Assembly (NCBI GenBank): GCA_965208325.1
Contig: OZ242326.1
Span: 3,392,001-3,456,000 of the forward strand
Origin: Candidatus Poribacteria bacterium
GTDB taxonomy: Bacteria; Poribacteria; WGA-4E; PCPOR2b
Direction: 5' to 3'
Length of the DNA stretch: 64,000 nt
A program made the position numbers and the translations under genes. The notes under the pieces were generated by a model. That model worked only from the letters and a program-made list of their open reading frames with translations. It did not search any database and was not told the DNA's origin. Of this stretch, positions 40,295 through 50,017 are shown piece by piece (within the stretch, counting starts at the first letter, position 1; each line of letters starts with the position of its first letter).

Positions 40295-42138
40295 ACGAAC
40301 ACACACAGGAATCACATGATCATCACCATGAAGAGAGTTTTGTCCGCAAATATATCTTTTCGCTCGATCATAAAACAATAGGCAAGCAGTTCCTCATCTT
40401 CGGCCTGATTATGTTCATTGTCGGGGGCGGGCTGGCGCTGCTTTTCCGTTGGCAACTCGCCTGGCCCGACAGGCCGCTGCCGATAATCGGGGCTTCCCAA
40501 ACCTATTTGGAGGAGGGCGAAGTTGAAACTGCTGCAGACCGGAAGTGGGAAGAACGTTACGATGACGATAAAGACTCTTGGTTAGAGACGAACATGCCCA
40601 GCGGGATTATAGACCCGAACTTTTATAATTCGCTGTTTACAATGCACGCCACCATTATGGTTTTCTTCGTGGTTGTACCGCTGCTTGTTGGTGCGTTTGG
40701 CAATTTCCTCATCCCGCTGATGATTGGGACCAGAGATATGGCGTTCCCGGTGCTGAATATGCTTTCTTTCTGGTCCAACATGCTCGGGACGATTATAATG
40801 ATTGCGGGGTTCTTTGTGCCCGGCGGGCACGCTGCGGCGGGCTGGACCGGCTACGCGCCGCTGTCTTCAGTCCCAGAGCTTAGCGGTGTAGATTGGGGAC
40901 AGAATCTCTGGTGCATCAGCCTTATTGTCATGGGTATCTCCTCGCTGATGGGGTCTATCAACTATATCACCACAATCATCAACATGCGTGCGCCGGGGAT
41001 GACATGGTTCCGTCTCCCGCTGGCGATTTGGGCGCTGTTTATCGTGGCGATTCTTCTGCTGCTCGCATTTCCTGTCGTGGCTTCTGCGCTCGGGCTAATC
41101 CTCTTCGACCGGTTGGCGGGAACGTCCTTCTTTTCCGCCGAAGGCGGCGGCGATGCCTTATTATGGCAGCACCTTTTCTGGTTCTTCGCGCATCCGGAGG
41201 TTTATATCCTCATTTTGCCCGGCATGGGTATGGCATCTGAAATGTTGCCTGTCTTTTCCAGAAAGCCCATCTTTGGCTATAAGTCAATGGTCTATGCCAT
41301 GATAGCAATTGCCTTTCTCAGCTGGATTGTATGGGGACACCACATGTTCCAGAGTGGGATGAACCCCGCATTGGGGATGGCGTTCATGACCACCACCATG
41401 CTAATTGCTGTACCTTCGGCAATTAAGACGTTTAACTGGCTCGGTACGCTATACCGGGCATCAATTCGATTCACCGTGCCGATGTTAAACACGCTTGCCT
41501 TTGTCTCAATGTTCGTCATTGGCGGTCTGAGCGGCATATACATGGCAAATTCGCCGGTTGACATCTACATCCACGATACATACTATATCGTGGCGCATAT
41601 TCATTATGTCGTCTTCGGCGGCAGCGTCTTCGCCATTTTTGGAGGTGTCTTCTACTGGTTCCCCAAAATGTTTGGGCGGCACATGAATGAGATTCTTGGA
41701 AAAATTCATTTTTGGATTTCGTTCATCGCCTTTAACGGCGTCTTTTTCCCGATGCACATCATCGGTGTTGGGGGGCACATGCGGCGAATCTCCAACCCGA
41801 CACAGTATGAATTTTTGCAACATATGCAATGGATAAATGTATTGATTACGATGTTTGCATTTGTTTTGGGCGCGGCTCAAATTCTGTTGCTCATCAATGT
41901 ATTTTGGAGCATGTTCCGCGGGAAGGTGGCTGAGCAGAATCCGTGGCAGGCAACCACCTTGGAATGGCAAGCACCGACGCCTGTCCCCCATGGCAATTTC
42001 GGAGCCATTCCGCACGTATATCACGGCCCCTATGAGTATAGCGTCCCTGGAGCTGAATCGGACTGGATCCCGCAGACGCAGCCGAACGGCGAATCGCTGC
42101 CCGACGAACCGGTACCGGCCGGAGCCGCCGCGGATTAA
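40291..42138 (+). CDS. coxA: cytochrome c oxidase subunit I, A-family
   Basis: DHKTIG, AHPEVY, WGHH, HIH; K-channel Lys in SAIK. Confidence 0.95.
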   Translation: MNEHTQESHDHHHEESFVRKYIFSLDHKTIGKQFLIFGLIMFIVGGGLALLFRWQLAWPDRPLPIIGASQTYLEEGEVETAADRKWEERYDDDKDSWLETNMPSGIIDPNFYNSLFTMHATIMVFFVVVPLLVGAFGNFLIPLMIGTRDMAFPVLNMLSFWSNMLGTIIMIAGFFVPGGHAAAGWTGYAPLSSVPELSGVDWGQNLWCISLIVMGISSLMGSINYITTIINMRAPGMTWFRLPLAIWALFIVAILLLLAFPVVASALGLILFDRLAGTSFFSAEGGGDALLWQHLFWFFAHPEVYILILPGMGMASEMLPVFSRKPIFGYKSMVYAMIAIAFLSWIVWGHHMFQSGMNPALGMAFMTTTMLIAVPSAIKTFNWLGTLYRASIRFTVPMLNTLAFVSMFVIGGLSGIYMANSPVDIYIHDTYYIVAHIHYVVFGGSVFAIFGGVFYWFPKMFGRHMNEILGKIHFWISFIAFNGVFFPMHIIGVGGHMRRISNPTQYEFLQHMQWINVLITMFAFVLGAAQILLLINVFWSMFRGKVAEQNPWQATTLEWQAPTPVPHGNFGAIPHVYHGPYEYSVPGAESDWIPQTQPNGESLPDEPVPAGAAAD

Positions 42139-42192
42139 AGGTCTGCCGAACGCTCTAAACACCACCGAAACGGTTGGAAGGAAACCGATTCA

Positions 42193-43335
42193 ATGTATCG
42201 TCGATGGCTCTATGGACTCGCTGTCCTCACTGCTGTGATGACGTTTATCCTGATTTGCATGGGCGGACTTGTGACGAGTACGGACTCAGGGCTGGCTGTC
42301 CCCGATTGGCCGACGACCTTCGGATACAACATGTTTCTCTATCCGCTATCGAAAACGGTCAGCGGTTTTCTCTTCAGCATTGACTCAAACCTCCAAGCTA
42401 GTTTGGATGACAGTAATCCTTCGGTAGAGTTGCGGACGGCGCTTGAAAATGATGAGAATTCGGTGTCGGAGGATGTTAGAATTACTGTTATTGCGCCAGG
42501 CAGCAGATGGCGGCTAACAGATGACGAGAACGGGCGCACCTATTCGGTGATTAAAACGGGGGATCGGCTCGATGTTTACGTTCACGGCGTTCTGTACGAA
42601 CACAGCCATCGCTTGATTGGGTCGGTCGTCGGACTGCTGACGATTGGGTTGATGGTCTCAATATTGGCGAAGGACAATCGGAATTGGATGAAATGGCTTG
42701 GCGTTGTTGCACTCGCCGCGGTGGTTTTGCAGGGAGTGATGGGCGGGATGCGTGTCACAAACCTTAGTAGAATACTCGCTATCATTCACGCCTGTTTTGC
42801 CCAAGCATTTTTCGCACTGGCGGCAAGCCTCGCGTTATTTACGTCACGCGGATGGTTGGGGGCATCGGAGCAAATTGAAGCCGCAAATACTTCTCGCTTG
42901 AGAAATTTGACCATCATCACGGTATGTCTCATCTATGTCCAATTCATCTTCGGCGCCGTGTTGAGGCATACCGGGAATCGGCTGGACGCCCATCTGCTTT
43001 TCGCAGGTTTAGTATCAATTCACATATTTTTGCTCTTGAGGCGTATCTTGCTAGATTATCTGGAGAACCGGCTTCTTGTTCGCCTTATTCTGCTATTGAG
43101 CGGTCTGCTCGCCGTACAATTGGTGTTGGGATTTGGGGCATTCGTCACCGAGTTCACCGCTCTTGGAAAAGGCGTGTCCCCTGTGGCAGGCGTAGCAATC
43201 ACCACCGCCCATGTTGCGATAGGTGCGTTAATGATGGTCAGTTCTGTCCTACTGGCTTTGAATGTGTTTCGTTTCACAATGGGATCAGAACCTGTTGCGA
43301 ATCGAGGGCTTGTTTCCGACGAGGTATCCGCATGA
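42193..43335 (+). CDS. ctaA: heme A synthase (COX15/CtaA) with inserted soluble domain
   Basis: SGLAVPDWP, EHSHRL, IHACFAQ, conserved His residues in the C-terminal half. Confidence 0.88.
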   Translation: MYRRWLYGLAVLTAVMTFILICMGGLVTSTDSGLAVPDWPTTFGYNMFLYPLSKTVSGFLFSIDSNLQASLDDSNPSVELRTALENDENSVSEDVRITVIAPGSRWRLTDDENGRTYSVIKTGDRLDVYVHGVLYEHSHRLIGSVVGLLTIGLMVSILAKDNRNWMKWLGVVALAAVVLQGVMGGMRVTNLSRILAIIHACFAQAFFALAASLALFTSRGWLGASEQIEAANTSRLRNLTIITVCLIYVQFIFGAVLRHTGNRLDAHLLFAGLVSIHIFLLLRRILLDYLENRLLVRLILLLSGLLAVQLVLGFGAFVTEFTALGKGVSPVAGVAITTAHVAIGALMMVSSVLLALNVFRFTMGSEPVANRGLVSDEVSA

Positions 43336-44234
43336 TGCCAACAACACACACGCTAGACATCGGCTTATCCCAGATGAGCCGCCGCTTATCCATCTTTGTT
43401 GAGTTGACTAAACCGCGGCTGGTTTCGATGATACTAGTTACAACTTCAGCCGGCTTCTACCTCGCCTCTCCCCAGGTGCTAAATTGGCTGCAGTTCATTC
43501 ACGCCATTATCGGCACGGGTCTATCGGCAGCGGGAGTGTTAGCCCTTAATCAGTACCTTGAACGCGACTTAGATGCCCAGATGGTGCGGACATGCCACCG
43601 GCCGTTGCCGGATCGTCGGCTTCAACCGACGACAGCGCTGTCCTTCGGGGTTTTGTTGACGGCTGGCGGCTTGCTCTACATGGCGTTTGCCGTAAACGCC
43701 TTGAGCGCACTAGTCACGTCAGCCATTGTTGTGACTTATCTGTTCGTCTATACTCCGCTAAAGCAGAAAACATCGCTCTGTACTGTGGTGGGCGCGGTAC
43801 CCGGGGCATTACCGCCTGTAATCGGTTGGGTTGCGGCGCGGGGTACGCTCAATATTGAGGCGTGTGTGCTTTTCGCAATTCTGTTCCTCTGGCAACTGCC
43901 GCATTCGCTGTCGATTGCGTATATCTACCGAGACGAATACGCAAAGGCAGGTTTCCGCTTGCTTCCGGTAATTCACCCGGACGGCAAGAGCACCGGAAGG
44001 CAGATTGTCAGCAACTGTCTAGGCCTTCTCTTTGCGGCGCTGCTGCCCACGTTAATCGGCATAGCGGGTATAGTCTATTTTTTCGTTGCGTTGGCGTTGA
44101 GCATCGGGTTTCTTGGGTTCGGCATCAGCCTCTCAATTTCTCGATCGACTGCGGCAGCAAAACGGCTGCTGTACGCTTCATTGATATACTTGCCGCTTGT
44201 ATTTCTAGTGATGGCACTTGACAAGATGGCGTAA
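43332..44234 (+). CDS. ctaB: protoheme IX farnesyltransferase (heme O synthase)
   Basis: LTKPRL, ERDLDAQM.RT..RPLP, YTPLK, WQLPH; ATGA overlap with ctaA. Confidence 0.93.
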   Translation: MMPTTHTLDIGLSQMSRRLSIFVELTKPRLVSMILVTTSAGFYLASPQVLNWLQFIHAIIGTGLSAAGVLALNQYLERDLDAQMVRTCHRPLPDRRLQPTTALSFGVLLTAGGLLYMAFAVNALSALVTSAIVVTYLFVYTPLKQKTSLCTVVGAVPGALPPVIGWVAARGTLNIEACVLFAILFLWQLPHSLSIAYIYRDEYAKAGFRLLPVIHPDGKSTGRQIVSNCLGLLFAALLPTLIGIAGIVYFFVALALSIGFLGFGISLSISRSTAAAKRLLYASLIYLPLVFLVMALDKMA

Positions 44235-44257
44235 CGGACTGGGAGAATAAAACTCGA

Positions 44258-44368
44258 GTGAACAACGGCGAAAAGCGGCGGCGCAACCGACGTGTCGGCT
44301 GGTTCTTATTCGGAATATTTATCGTCTTGTTTTTTCTGGCAACGCTGCTCGCACTCTTTAAAAACTGA
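44258..44368 (+). CDS. 36-aa single-TM small protein (absent from ORF track)
   Basis: GTG...TGA encoding MNNGEKRRRNRRVGWFLFGIFIVLFFLATLLALFKN; GGGAG upstream; lies inside the cox operon. Confidence 0.6.
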   Translation: MNNGEKRRRNRRVGWFLFGIFIVLFFLATLLALFKN

Positions 44369-44458
44369 TGAATAACGTCTTGTAGGCGAGGTTTCCTAGT
44401 CTCGATTGTTCGGTAATGGGGCTTTTCTTCTTTAACTGCGTTTCAAATAAAATCTTCG

Positions 44459-45064
44459 ATGAATGAATTAGAACACACGTCATACACAAGCACCGAAGGC
44501 GAAAACAGGCCGATAAGCAATGCGCGTTTAGCCGTATTGGTACTATTGGGCGCAGAAATCATGTTTTTCGCAGGGCTGATAGGGACATTCCTTGTGTTCC
44601 GCCTGGGCAGTACAACATGGCCCCCTGCTTCTCAGGTAGACGTTCGTTTGCCCGTGGGTGTGACAGGACTGAACACAATCGTACTGCTCTTGAGCGGTTT
44701 TACGATGTTTAAAGCGCAGCAAGCCATTCGGCAAGGCCTTCAGAATGCGCTTAGAAACAGGCTTTTCCTGACGGGGCTGCTCGGCGTCATCTTCCTCGCT
44801 GTGCAGGGTTACGAATGGGTGCGCTTGGTGCATCACGGATTCACGCTTTCATCGGGAGTATACGGCTCAATATTTTATGTGCTTATCGGTTGCCATGCCC
44901 TGCACGTACTGGTGGCAGTATTTTGGCTGTTAGCCGTTTTCATTGGGGCGACGGCCGGACGGTTTTCCGTTGATCGCCACGTGGGTGTTGAGGTCTGCGC
45001 TATTTACTGGGCGTTTGTTGTGTTGTTGTGGCCCATTCTTTATGTCCTTGTATATTTGATCTAA
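44459..45064 (+). CDS. coxC: cytochrome c oxidase subunit III (paralog 1)
   Basis: AEIMFFAGL, NTIVLLLSG, QGYEW, GCHALHV, YWAFV. Confidence 0.88.
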   Translation: MNELEHTSYTSTEGENRPISNARLAVLVLLGAEIMFFAGLIGTFLVFRLGSTTWPPASQVDVRLPVGVTGLNTIVLLLSGFTMFKAQQAIRQGLQNALRNRLFLTGLLGVIFLAVQGYEWVRLVHHGFTLSSGVYGSIFYVLIGCHALHVLVAVFWLLAVFIGATAGRFSVDRHVGVEVCAIYWAFVVLLWPILYVLVYLI

Positions 45065-45123
45065 ATGGAGGACGTTCAAAACAGCCGCGAGATGTCCATG
45101 CCTCGACTTTCGGAGGTTGAGAA

Positions 45124-45345
45124 ATGACCGCAATTTCCAAAAAAAGGTACCAATCAAGAAAGAAAAAATGCCTCGACTCGAAAAACGAAGAAACTGTTAT
45201 GCAATGTCAGTCACAAGAACCGATATGGAAAATTGTTGCTGGCATTGGGTCACAGATTCCCTTGGCATCGTGGGAGAATGTGCCCGATGATGCCTCAATA
45301 AACTTCAAGCATTATCTTTACGGGGAACCCAAAAGGACCGTATGA
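45124..45345 (+). CDS. antitoxin-like remnant upstream of a vapC pseudogene
   Basis: WENVPDDASINFKHYLYGEPK C-terminus; ATGA overlap with the PIN gene. Confidence 0.55.
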   Translation: MTAISKKRYQSRKKKCLDSKNEETVMQCQSQEPIWKIVAGIGSQIPLASWENVPDDASINFKHYLYGEPKRTV

Positions 45346-45525
45346 ATGCCGTTTTTGCCGATGCAGGATATTGGATAGCGTTGTTCAATCCGGGCGATCG
45401 GCTGCATGGGGCTCATCGACTGTGCTTCATTTCTCATTATGCAGCAACGGCGCATCATAGACGCACTAGCTTTTGATGAACATTTCAGGCAAGCGGGTTT
45501 CAATCCTTTATTGCGCGCGAATTAA
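45342..45525 (+). pseudogene. vapC: VapC/PIN toxin pseudogene with internal deletion and frameshift
   Basis: MNAVFADAGYWIALFNPGDRLH joined out of frame to LIDCASFLIM...AFDEHFRQAGF. Confidence 0.75.
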
Positions 45526-45641
45526 ATAAAGGAAATGTTCATGAATTCCTGTGCATCTAGACGTTTTCCCGTTGAATATTGGGTTGCACTGGAATGCGCG
45601 ATTTGCTCCTGTCGTTATTTTGCAAATGAGGGGATTTATTA

Positions 45642-45896
45642 ATGATGTGGCGATATTTTTCACTAATAGTTGGGATGATGGTCCTTTCAACGTTGATACC
45701 AACGGTTGTGGACGCGTGCCCTTCATGTAAAACGATTGATGACCCAATTGTTCAAGGATTTAAGTGGAGTATTTTATTCCTTATGGCGATGCCTTATATT
45801 GTTTCCGGTCTGATTGGTGGCAGTGTATTCTATATTTACAAACACTCACATCGGACCAATAATCATAAACCATCTTCAAATGTGAAAGGAGTGTGA
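45642..45896 (+). CDS. small CxxC membrane protein of the cox operon
   Basis: Signal-like N-terminus, ACPSC, then TM SILFLMAMPY. Confidence 0.7.
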   Translation: MMWRYFSLIVGMMVLSTLIPTVVDACPSCKTIDDPIVQGFKWSILFLMAMPYIVSGLIGGSVFYIYKHSHRTNNHKPSSNVKGV

Positions 45897-45899
45897 AAA

Positions 45900-46544
45900 T
45901 TGGAAGACACTGCAACACTCGATCATTCCGCAGATGTCTATGAACCATCCCTCACGCCTGACAGTCTGGGAAAGTTGGGGATGTGGCTCTTTCTTATTAG
46001 CGATGCGATGTCGTTTGGCGCGCTGTTGGCTGCCTACGGCGCTATCCGTGCTGGCGCAGCCGAGTGGGCGCCGCCATCCGAAGTACTCGGCATTGAACTC
46101 ACGGCGTTTATGACCTTTCTGTTAATCTGTAGTAGTGTCACGATGGTCAAAGCCCTCGAAGCCATCCAGAACGGCAATCAGAGGAGGATGTGTACCTTCC
46201 TCGGTTTGACTATCCTAGGCGGCGTAATCTTCTTGGGATTGCAAGCCTACGAATGGACACACCTAATTACACACGGGCTCACCCTAACCACAATTCCTCA
46301 TCACGGGTTGTCTGGGGCTGAGATTTCAGGTTCTGTGCTTTTTGGTCCCACTTTCTACACAATTACAGGTTTCCACGGTGCCCACGTCACTGGCGGAGTC
46401 ATTTACCTCATCGTTATCTTGATACAAGGACTGCGGGGAAATTACACAGCCGAGTATAACCACAAGGTCGAGATTTTGGGGTTGTATTGGCACTTCGTAG
46501 ACCTTATCTGGATTATGGTCTTTACGTTTGTCTATCTATTGTAA
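45900..46544 (+). CDS. coxC: cytochrome c oxidase subunit III (paralog 2)
   Basis: KLGMWLFL.SD, SSVTM, GFHGAHV, GLYWHFVD. Confidence 0.9.
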   Translation: MEDTATLDHSADVYEPSLTPDSLGKLGMWLFLISDAMSFGALLAAYGAIRAGAAEWAPPSEVLGIELTAFMTFLLICSSVTMVKALEAIQNGNQRRMCTFLGLTILGGVIFLGLQAYEWTHLITHGLTLTTIPHHGLSGAEISGSVLFGPTFYTITGFHGAHVTGGVIYLIVILIQGLRGNYTAEYNHKVEILGLYWHFVDLIWIMVFTFVYLL

Positions 46545-46563
46545 ACTCTAATGGAGAATCGAG

Positions 46564-46908
46564 ATGGAACACGCTCATAAAGAACATCCGAGATACATGA
46601 GAATATTTTGGATACTTTTGGTGCTCACAATCCTTGAAGTCCTAGTTGCTTTGCCTTTTTTAAAGCAGATGTTGGGGACAGCTATAACCGCAATCTTGCT
46701 AATCGGTATGGCATGTTCTAAAGCAGCTTACGTTGCGCTCTATTTCATGCACTTGAAATTTGAGAAGAAAACCTTGACAGCCATCGCATTAACACCGTTT
46801 ATCATCTGTGTTTTTCTCGTGTTTATGCTGCTTCCGGATTTGATGGAAGACGCTCGTCACGCAGGAATGGAAACATCCGCATCTCAAACTGTTGAATCCT
46901 CTCATTGA
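46564..46908 (+). CDS. cytochrome c oxidase subunit IV
   Basis: LTILEV, KAAYVALYFMHLKFE. Confidence 0.85.
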   Translation: MEHAHKEHPRYMRIFWILLVLTILEVLVALPFLKQMLGTAITAILLIGMACSKAAYVALYFMHLKFEKKTLTAIALTPFIICVFLVFMLLPDLMEDARHAGMETSASQTVESSH

Positions 46909-46949
46909 TGCGCAATGATTGGTATTCTACCTAAAATCTAATTACGTTT

Positions 46950-47597
46950 ATGGAAACAGAAACACCGGCACAGAATCCTAAACCGAGGGAACGCCTGCGG
47001 CATGGACTGTTGTGGGGGGTGTTGATTGTCGTCATCGTCGGTATTGTTGGCGCCAATATTTGGTCGCCGCATCATCAAGATTCAGGCGACGACACCGAAC
47101 CGGATCTTTCCGTCCATCATCAGGTGCCTGATTTCTCTTTGATTGATCAGCGCGGTGCTTTAGTTACTCCGTCGGATCTACGCGGCAAGATTTGGGTTGT
47201 GGATTTTATCTTCACCCGCTGCGTTGCGGCATGTCCACTAATGACGGACAAGATGAAGAAACTTCAGGAAGAATTCGCGGAGTCAGGTGTTTACTTCGTC
47301 TCGGTTTCTGTCGATCCGGAATATGACACGCCGGACGTTCTCTTTCAGTACGCTAATCGCTTCGGCGTGGATGGAAGCACATGGTTGTTTCTAACAGGAG
47401 AAAAGGAAACTATCTATCACCTCACACAAGAAGGCTTCGGCTTAGCTGTCGGGCAGCAAGAATCCGAAGTTCTTCATAGCGCTCGGTTTGTCTTGGTTGA
47501 TCGCCGCGGGCAAATACGCGGATTCTACGACAGCAACGAAGATGAGGCGCTTCAAAAACTTCGCCGAGATATACCGCAATTACTCATCGAATCGTGA
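46950..47597 (+). CDS. SCO1/SenC copper chaperone
   Basis: FTRCVAACP (CxxxCP), SVDPEYD, LHS. Confidence 0.92.
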   Translation: METETPAQNPKPRERLRHGLLWGVLIVVIVGIVGANIWSPHHQDSGDDTEPDLSVHHQVPDFSLIDQRGALVTPSDLRGKIWVVDFIFTRCVAACPLMTDKMKKLQEEFAESGVYFVSVSVDPEYDTPDVLFQYANRFGVDGSTWLFLTGEKETIYHLTQEGFGLAVGQQESEVLHSARFVLVDRRGQIRGFYDSNEDEALQKLRRDIPQLLIES

Positions 47598-47884
47598 ACC
47601 TTGATGCAGTGCGACTCGGCGTTTCGCTGGCAGTTCTCATCATCAATCTGCCTTTTGGATATTTTCGTGTTCGCTACAAAAGGTTTACCCGCCCTTGGGG
47701 GCGGTGTATCTACATCCCCATTCTTATTAACATAGTCCTCCGCCGCTTTATCCTGCACTGGGAGTGGGACGGAGCGCTCTTTCTCTTTTCAGCCGCGATT
47801 CTTGGACACATTTTAGGCGGACTCTGGGGTAGGCGCCAGCAGAAAAAGCGGGAAGCGATGTCGGAATTAAACCTTGAGAGTTGA
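47594..47884 (+). CDS. small membrane hypothetical protein
   Basis: Three hydrophobic segments, INLPFGY; GTGA overlap with SCO. Confidence 0.6.
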   Translation: MNLDAVRLGVSLAVLIINLPFGYFRVRYKRFTRPWGRCIYIPILINIVLRRFILHWEWDGALFLFSAAILGHILGGLWGRRQQKKREAMSELNLES

Positions 47885-47975
47885 AGATAAAATTCGTCAG
47901 TTTGCCGGTTGTTGATTGGAGATGGGTCAATCGACCCATTACGCGAATAGCGAAGGCAACAGTCTTAGTAATTCG

Positions 47976-48038
47976 TTACGCATTACGCATTACGTGTTAC
48001 GTATTACGCATTAAGCATTACTCATCACGCATCACTAA
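47976..48038 (+). repeat. heptanucleotide tandem repeat (TTACGCA)x9, degenerate
   Basis: TTACGCA TTACGCA TTACGTG TTACGTA TTACGCA TTAAGCA TTACTCA TCACGCA TCACTAA. Confidence 0.8.
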
Positions 48039-48088
48039 ATCCGTTCGCTTGATTGATAGTTTTAACTGACAGTCAAGGAAAAGCAACG

Positions 48089-50017
48089 ATGTTCAAAAAA
48101 ATCCACGTGCCTGTTGACAATTCGGATTATTCTGACGCGAGCGTCAATCTTGCTGTCGCGTTTGCCAAGAAATTCGCTTCGCAACTAGTTGGCTCTCATG
48201 TCTACGCGGCGAAGATGCACGACGTTCGTTTCAAACAGATGGAATACACCCTGCCGGAGGAGTATCAGGACGAAGTCGAACTCGAAAAACAGCGCCGTAT
48301 CCATGACACCTTGATTACGATGGGGCTCCAACTTATTTCGGATTCGTATCTTGATGTCATGCAGAAAATATGTGTGAAAGAGAATATCCCTTTTGAAGCA
48401 AAAATGCCGGAGGGCAAGCATTTCATCAAGATGGTGGAGGATATTCAATCTAGCGGTTACGATCTGGTAATTATGGGCGCTCTTGGTATGGGAGCCGTCA
48501 AAGACAGCCTGCTCGGCGGTGTGTGCGAACGGGTTGTCCGCCGAATCCAAACCGATGTACTCGTGGTCAGAAACATTCGGCCCATCGAAGAGCAGCACGG
48601 CCACATTCTCGTAGGCATTGACGGCAGCCCTGAATCATTCGCCGGCTTGAAAACGGCGATTCAGATCGGTAAAGCATTTAATCGGCACGTCGAGGCGGTT
48701 GGTGTCTACGATCCATATCTCCATTATGTGGTATTTAATTCAGTCGTCAATGTGCTGACGGAACGCGCATCTAAAACCTTTCGATTCAAAGAGCAGGAAC
48801 AGTTGCACGAGGAGGTAATCGACACTGGGCTCGCAAAGATTTATCAGTCCCATTTAGAGGTGGCGCGTACAATCGCGAAAGAAGACCACAACTACGACCT
48901 CAAAATAACCTTGCTCGACGGCAAAGCCTTTGAAAAAATCTTGCAATACACGCGTAAGACCCAGCCGTGGCTGCTGGTGCTTGGTCGAATTGGCGTGCAC
49001 AGCGAATCCGATATGGACATCGGAAGCAACACCGAAAATCTGCTGCGGCTCGCGCCTTGCAACCTTCTACTATCGAGCCAACGGTATGTCCCCAAGGTTG
49101 ATGTCAAGGCAGAAGAGACTGTCGTTTGGACGCAGGAAGCCTTAGACCGTATGGAGAAAGCGCCGCCGCTAATCAAAGGAATTGCCAGGACGGCAGTCCA
49201 CCGCTTTGCGCTTGAGCGCGGGCACTCGGTCATTACCGAAAGCGTCATTGAGGGCGCTATGGAGACCTTTATGCCGGGGCGCTCTGCCGAACGGATGACG
49301 AGAGTCGCCAAAGAGGTCGCGGCACAGACGGTTCTTGAGGCAAATGCCGTCCAGACATACATCTGTGAAGATTGCGGCTATGCCGCCCGTGAACAGCAAC
49401 CGGTGAAATGTCCGGTCTGCGGCGTCGGCAGCGACCGCTTCCAGATGGTTGATAAAGACTCGCTGCAGAAAATTGCGGCTCAAGAGGGCGGCGTCAGCGA
49501 AGAACGTACCTTTGACGGCGTCCGCCTCCAGTGGTCGGATCAGGCAAAGAAGGCGTTGCGGAATGTTCCGCGCGGTTATATGCGGCGTAATGTCAAGGCG
49601 CGAATCGAAAAATCGGCGCGGACGCAGAAAATCGACACTATCACGAATGAATTTGCCATGCAGATTGTCAACGAGAGCATCGATGACGCTTCCGCTATCC
49701 GAGAAGACGCGCCTGAACTAAGGGCTGTGTCTCAATCGCGCGGCAACGCCGACACCGCCCAAGGGGAGGCATTTGAAAGTCGGTTTGAATGGACAACAGA
49801 CGCCCGTGAGCGATTGAATCTCGTACCCGCAGGATTTATGAGGAACATCACGCAGTCTCGCGTCGAGCAGCGGGCACAGGAAGCCGACCTTGAAACAATC
49901 AACCTCGATTTTGCGGCACAGGTAATTGAAGACGGACGGAGTCTGGCTAACGAGGTGCTTGGCAGCTATTATCAACAGGATGAACAGGCTAGCGAGGTAG
50001 GCGCACAGGCAAAATGA
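48089..50017 (+). CDS. tandem-USP protein with rubredoxin-like domain and three PCP_red-like domains
   Basis: VPVDNS..DLVIMG..G and VGIDGS..IGS USP domains; CEDCG...CPVCG; three W(T/S)xxAxxxL..(V/A)P..(M/I)R repeats. Confidence 0.8.
   Translation: MFKKIHVPVDNSDYSDASVNLAVAFAKKFASQLVGSHVYAAKMHDVRFKQMEYTLPEEYQDEVELEKQRRIHDTLITMGLQLISDSYLDVMQKICVKENIPFEAKMPEGKHFIKMVEDIQSSGYDLVIMGALGMGAVKDSLLGGVCERVVRRIQTDVLVVRNIRPIEEQHGHILVGIDGSPESFAGLKTAIQIGKAFNRHVEAVGVYDPYLHYVVFNSVVNVLTERASKTFRFKEQEQLHEEVIDTGLAKIYQSHLEVARTIAKEDHNYDLKITLLDGKAFEKILQYTRKTQPWLLVLGRIGVHSESDMDIGSNTENLLRLAPCNLLLSSQRYVPKVDVKAEETVVWTQEALDRMEKAPPLIKGIARTAVHRFALERGHSVITESVIEGAMETFMPGRSAERMTRVAKEVAAQTVLEANAVQTYICEDCGYAAREQQPVKCPVCGVGSDRFQMVDKDSLQKIAAQEGGVSEERTFDGVRLQWSDQAKKALRNVPRGYMRRNVKARIEKSARTQKIDTITNEFAMQIVNESIDDASAIREDAPELRAVSQSRGNADTAQGEAFESRFEWTTDARERLNLVPAGFMRNITQSRVEQRAQEADLETINLDFAAQVIEDGRSLANEVLGSYYQQDEQASEVGAQAK

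Noticed and set aside
42924..43331. N-terminal extension of the ctaB ORF (similarly 57671-57940 for the GldF-like gene)
   Set aside because: Overlaps the upstream gene and lacks family features; downstream ATGs fit better
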